Origin: an uncultured Thermotogae bacterium
GTDB taxonomy: Bacteria; Bipolaricaulota; Bipolaricaulia; UBA7950; UBA9294
Direction of reading: 5' to 3'
Length of the DNA stretch: 64,000 bases
Assembly (NCBI GenBank): GCA_964550615.1
Contig: CAZKAB010000001.1
Location: forward strand, 76,786 to 140,785
The translations under genes and the position numbers were made by a program. Positions 63,084 through 64,000 of the stretch are shown here, in pieces. Within the stretch, counting starts at the first letter, position 1; each line of letters opens with the position of its first letter. The notes below the pieces were generated by a model. The model had not been told where the DNA came from, did not search any database, and saw only the letters and a program-made list of their open reading frames with translations.

Positions 63084-64000
63084 TCAACCTGCAATCGACT
63101 GACGCCGCCAACGCCGGAACCAGGCAACGACAAAACCCGACCCCAGAAGACCCACCGCGCTCCCAAACGGGAATACAGCTGTCAATCCAACGTAGTCGGC
63201 CACTACGCCAAACGCCAGCGGACCGATCATCTGGCCTACGGCGAACGCCCCTCCCTGCAGGCCGGCCAGCGTTCCCATCCCATGCGTGCGCCCCAGTTCC
63301 GTTCGAATGGCGATAACCGAAGCACGTGACAGGGCAGAGAGGGCGCCGATGAGAAATGTGATAACTATCACAATCCACACGTGGTGGACGAACGGAATGG
63401 CGAGTAACAAGAGTGGGGCGAGCACGCTGCCAAGCACGATCTGCGGCATACGCGGCAATCGATCGGCGAGGAATCCGAATGGAATCTGGAGGAGGCCGCC
63501 ACCGAGCATGTACACCGACAACACCGTACCGATACTTCCTTCCCCAAGTCCGGCGGTCGCCACCGCATACAACGGGTAGAACGTATTGAACCCCTGGCGC
63601 CAGAAGCCACGTGTGGCCACGTACATGCAAATGCCCTTCACCGCATCATTCTTGACCACATCTCGTAGCGGCACAATCTCCTCAACGCGCGCCGGTACGA
63701 CTGACGTATTCTCTTGATGCTTGCCGTCCGAAGGAACTGCACGCGCCACCATGAGTAAGGCGATCACGCTTAGTCCTCCCATTGCGTAGAATGCAGCGTT
63801 ATATGACCACAGGGAGCTCAGTCCGCCGCCGACAAGCGGACCCAATGCCATCCCGAGGAACAGCGAAGAATAGAAGAGATTCATGTAGCGTCCCTCTCGC
63901 CCAACGGGCGTGATGTCGCCGATGTAGGCCTGGGCAATCGGGGTAACCATCACCGATGCCGCCCCTTGGAGCAGACGAAACAGGCCGAGTTGCCACAGGC
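63084..64000 (-). CDS. MFS transporter; the 5' end lies beyond the right window edge (partial)
   Basis: ORF 63084..63953 in the track. My translation shows the frame stays open upstream to the edge (LWQLGLFRLLQGAASVMVTPIAQAYIGDITP...), the classic MFS TM4-TM5 region. Multiple TM segments follow. Confidence 0.8.
   Translation of the reverse strand, partial: LWQLGLFRLLQGAASVMVTPIAQAYIGDITPVGREGRYMNLFYSSLFLGMALGPLVGGGLSSLWSYNAAFYAMGGLSVIALLMVARAVPSDGKHQENTSVVPARVEEIVPLRDVVKNDAVKGICMYVATRGFWRQGFNTFYPLYAVATAGLGEGSIGTVLSVYMLGGGLLQIPFGFLADRLPRMPQIVLGSVLAPLLLLAIPFVHHVWIVIVITFLIGALSALSRASVIAIRTELGRTHGMGTLAGLQGGAFAVGQMIGPLAFGVVADYVGLTAVFPFGSAVGLLGSGFVVAWFRRWRRQSIAG

Overview
This is a gene-dense 64-kb bacterial chromosomal window, moderately GC-rich by eye. 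It uses GGAGG-type Shine-Dalgarno sites, several near-consensus sigma70 promoters with 17-nt spacers, and many 4-nt ATGA/GTGA start-stop overlaps.

I call about 58 protein genes, two tRNAs (Thr-CGU, Ser-GGA) and a long (about 270 nt) SRP RNA. All protein calls rest on reading the supplied translations for family motifs; no searches were run.

Most of the content is housekeeping:
- tldD/pmbA
- a PadR-led Fe-siderophore/B12-type ABC importer
- a NUDIX/SDR/GNAT trio
- tig-clpP, and an M50 protease with rqcH
- the eno-ftsB-dnaE-yvcK string
- a peptide ABC transporter
- alaS, dnaN-tmk-lspA, aspS, rplM, purA, ileS, and an edge-truncated MFS transporter

I saw no CRISPR array, rRNA, transposase or integrase.

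The parts most worth a second look:
1. A 10-kb block (47.5-57.8 kb) sits between aspS and rplM. A tightly coupled DUF4129-like/MoxR/DUF58 membrane operon converges on a four-gene operon of signal-peptide proteins (VWA, PKD). These proteins share two unrecognised repeated modules: a beta-rich G-[VL]-x-L-x-E-x-x-P-x-G-W module (4 copies) and a duplicated-helix ...AYWLTNT module (3 copies). The layout suggests cohesin/dockerin-like self-assembly.
2. An RNA island in which tRNA-Ser abuts the SRP RNA by one nucleotide and is followed by a thpR-archease-rtcB operon.
3. Two odd secreted low-complexity proteins downstream of tldD/pmbA. One is Ala/Ser-rich and missed by the ORF track. The other has 18 Cys and 12 Trp, with four CN[TSY]C motifs.
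4. A low-GC scar inside the peptide ABC operon, carrying a small zinc-ribbon gene and a decayed DNA-methyltransferase remnant.
5. A MoaD/SAMP-like protein ending in GGG that is translationally coupled to an amidohydrolase.

Every family assignment needs HMM or BLAST confirmation.
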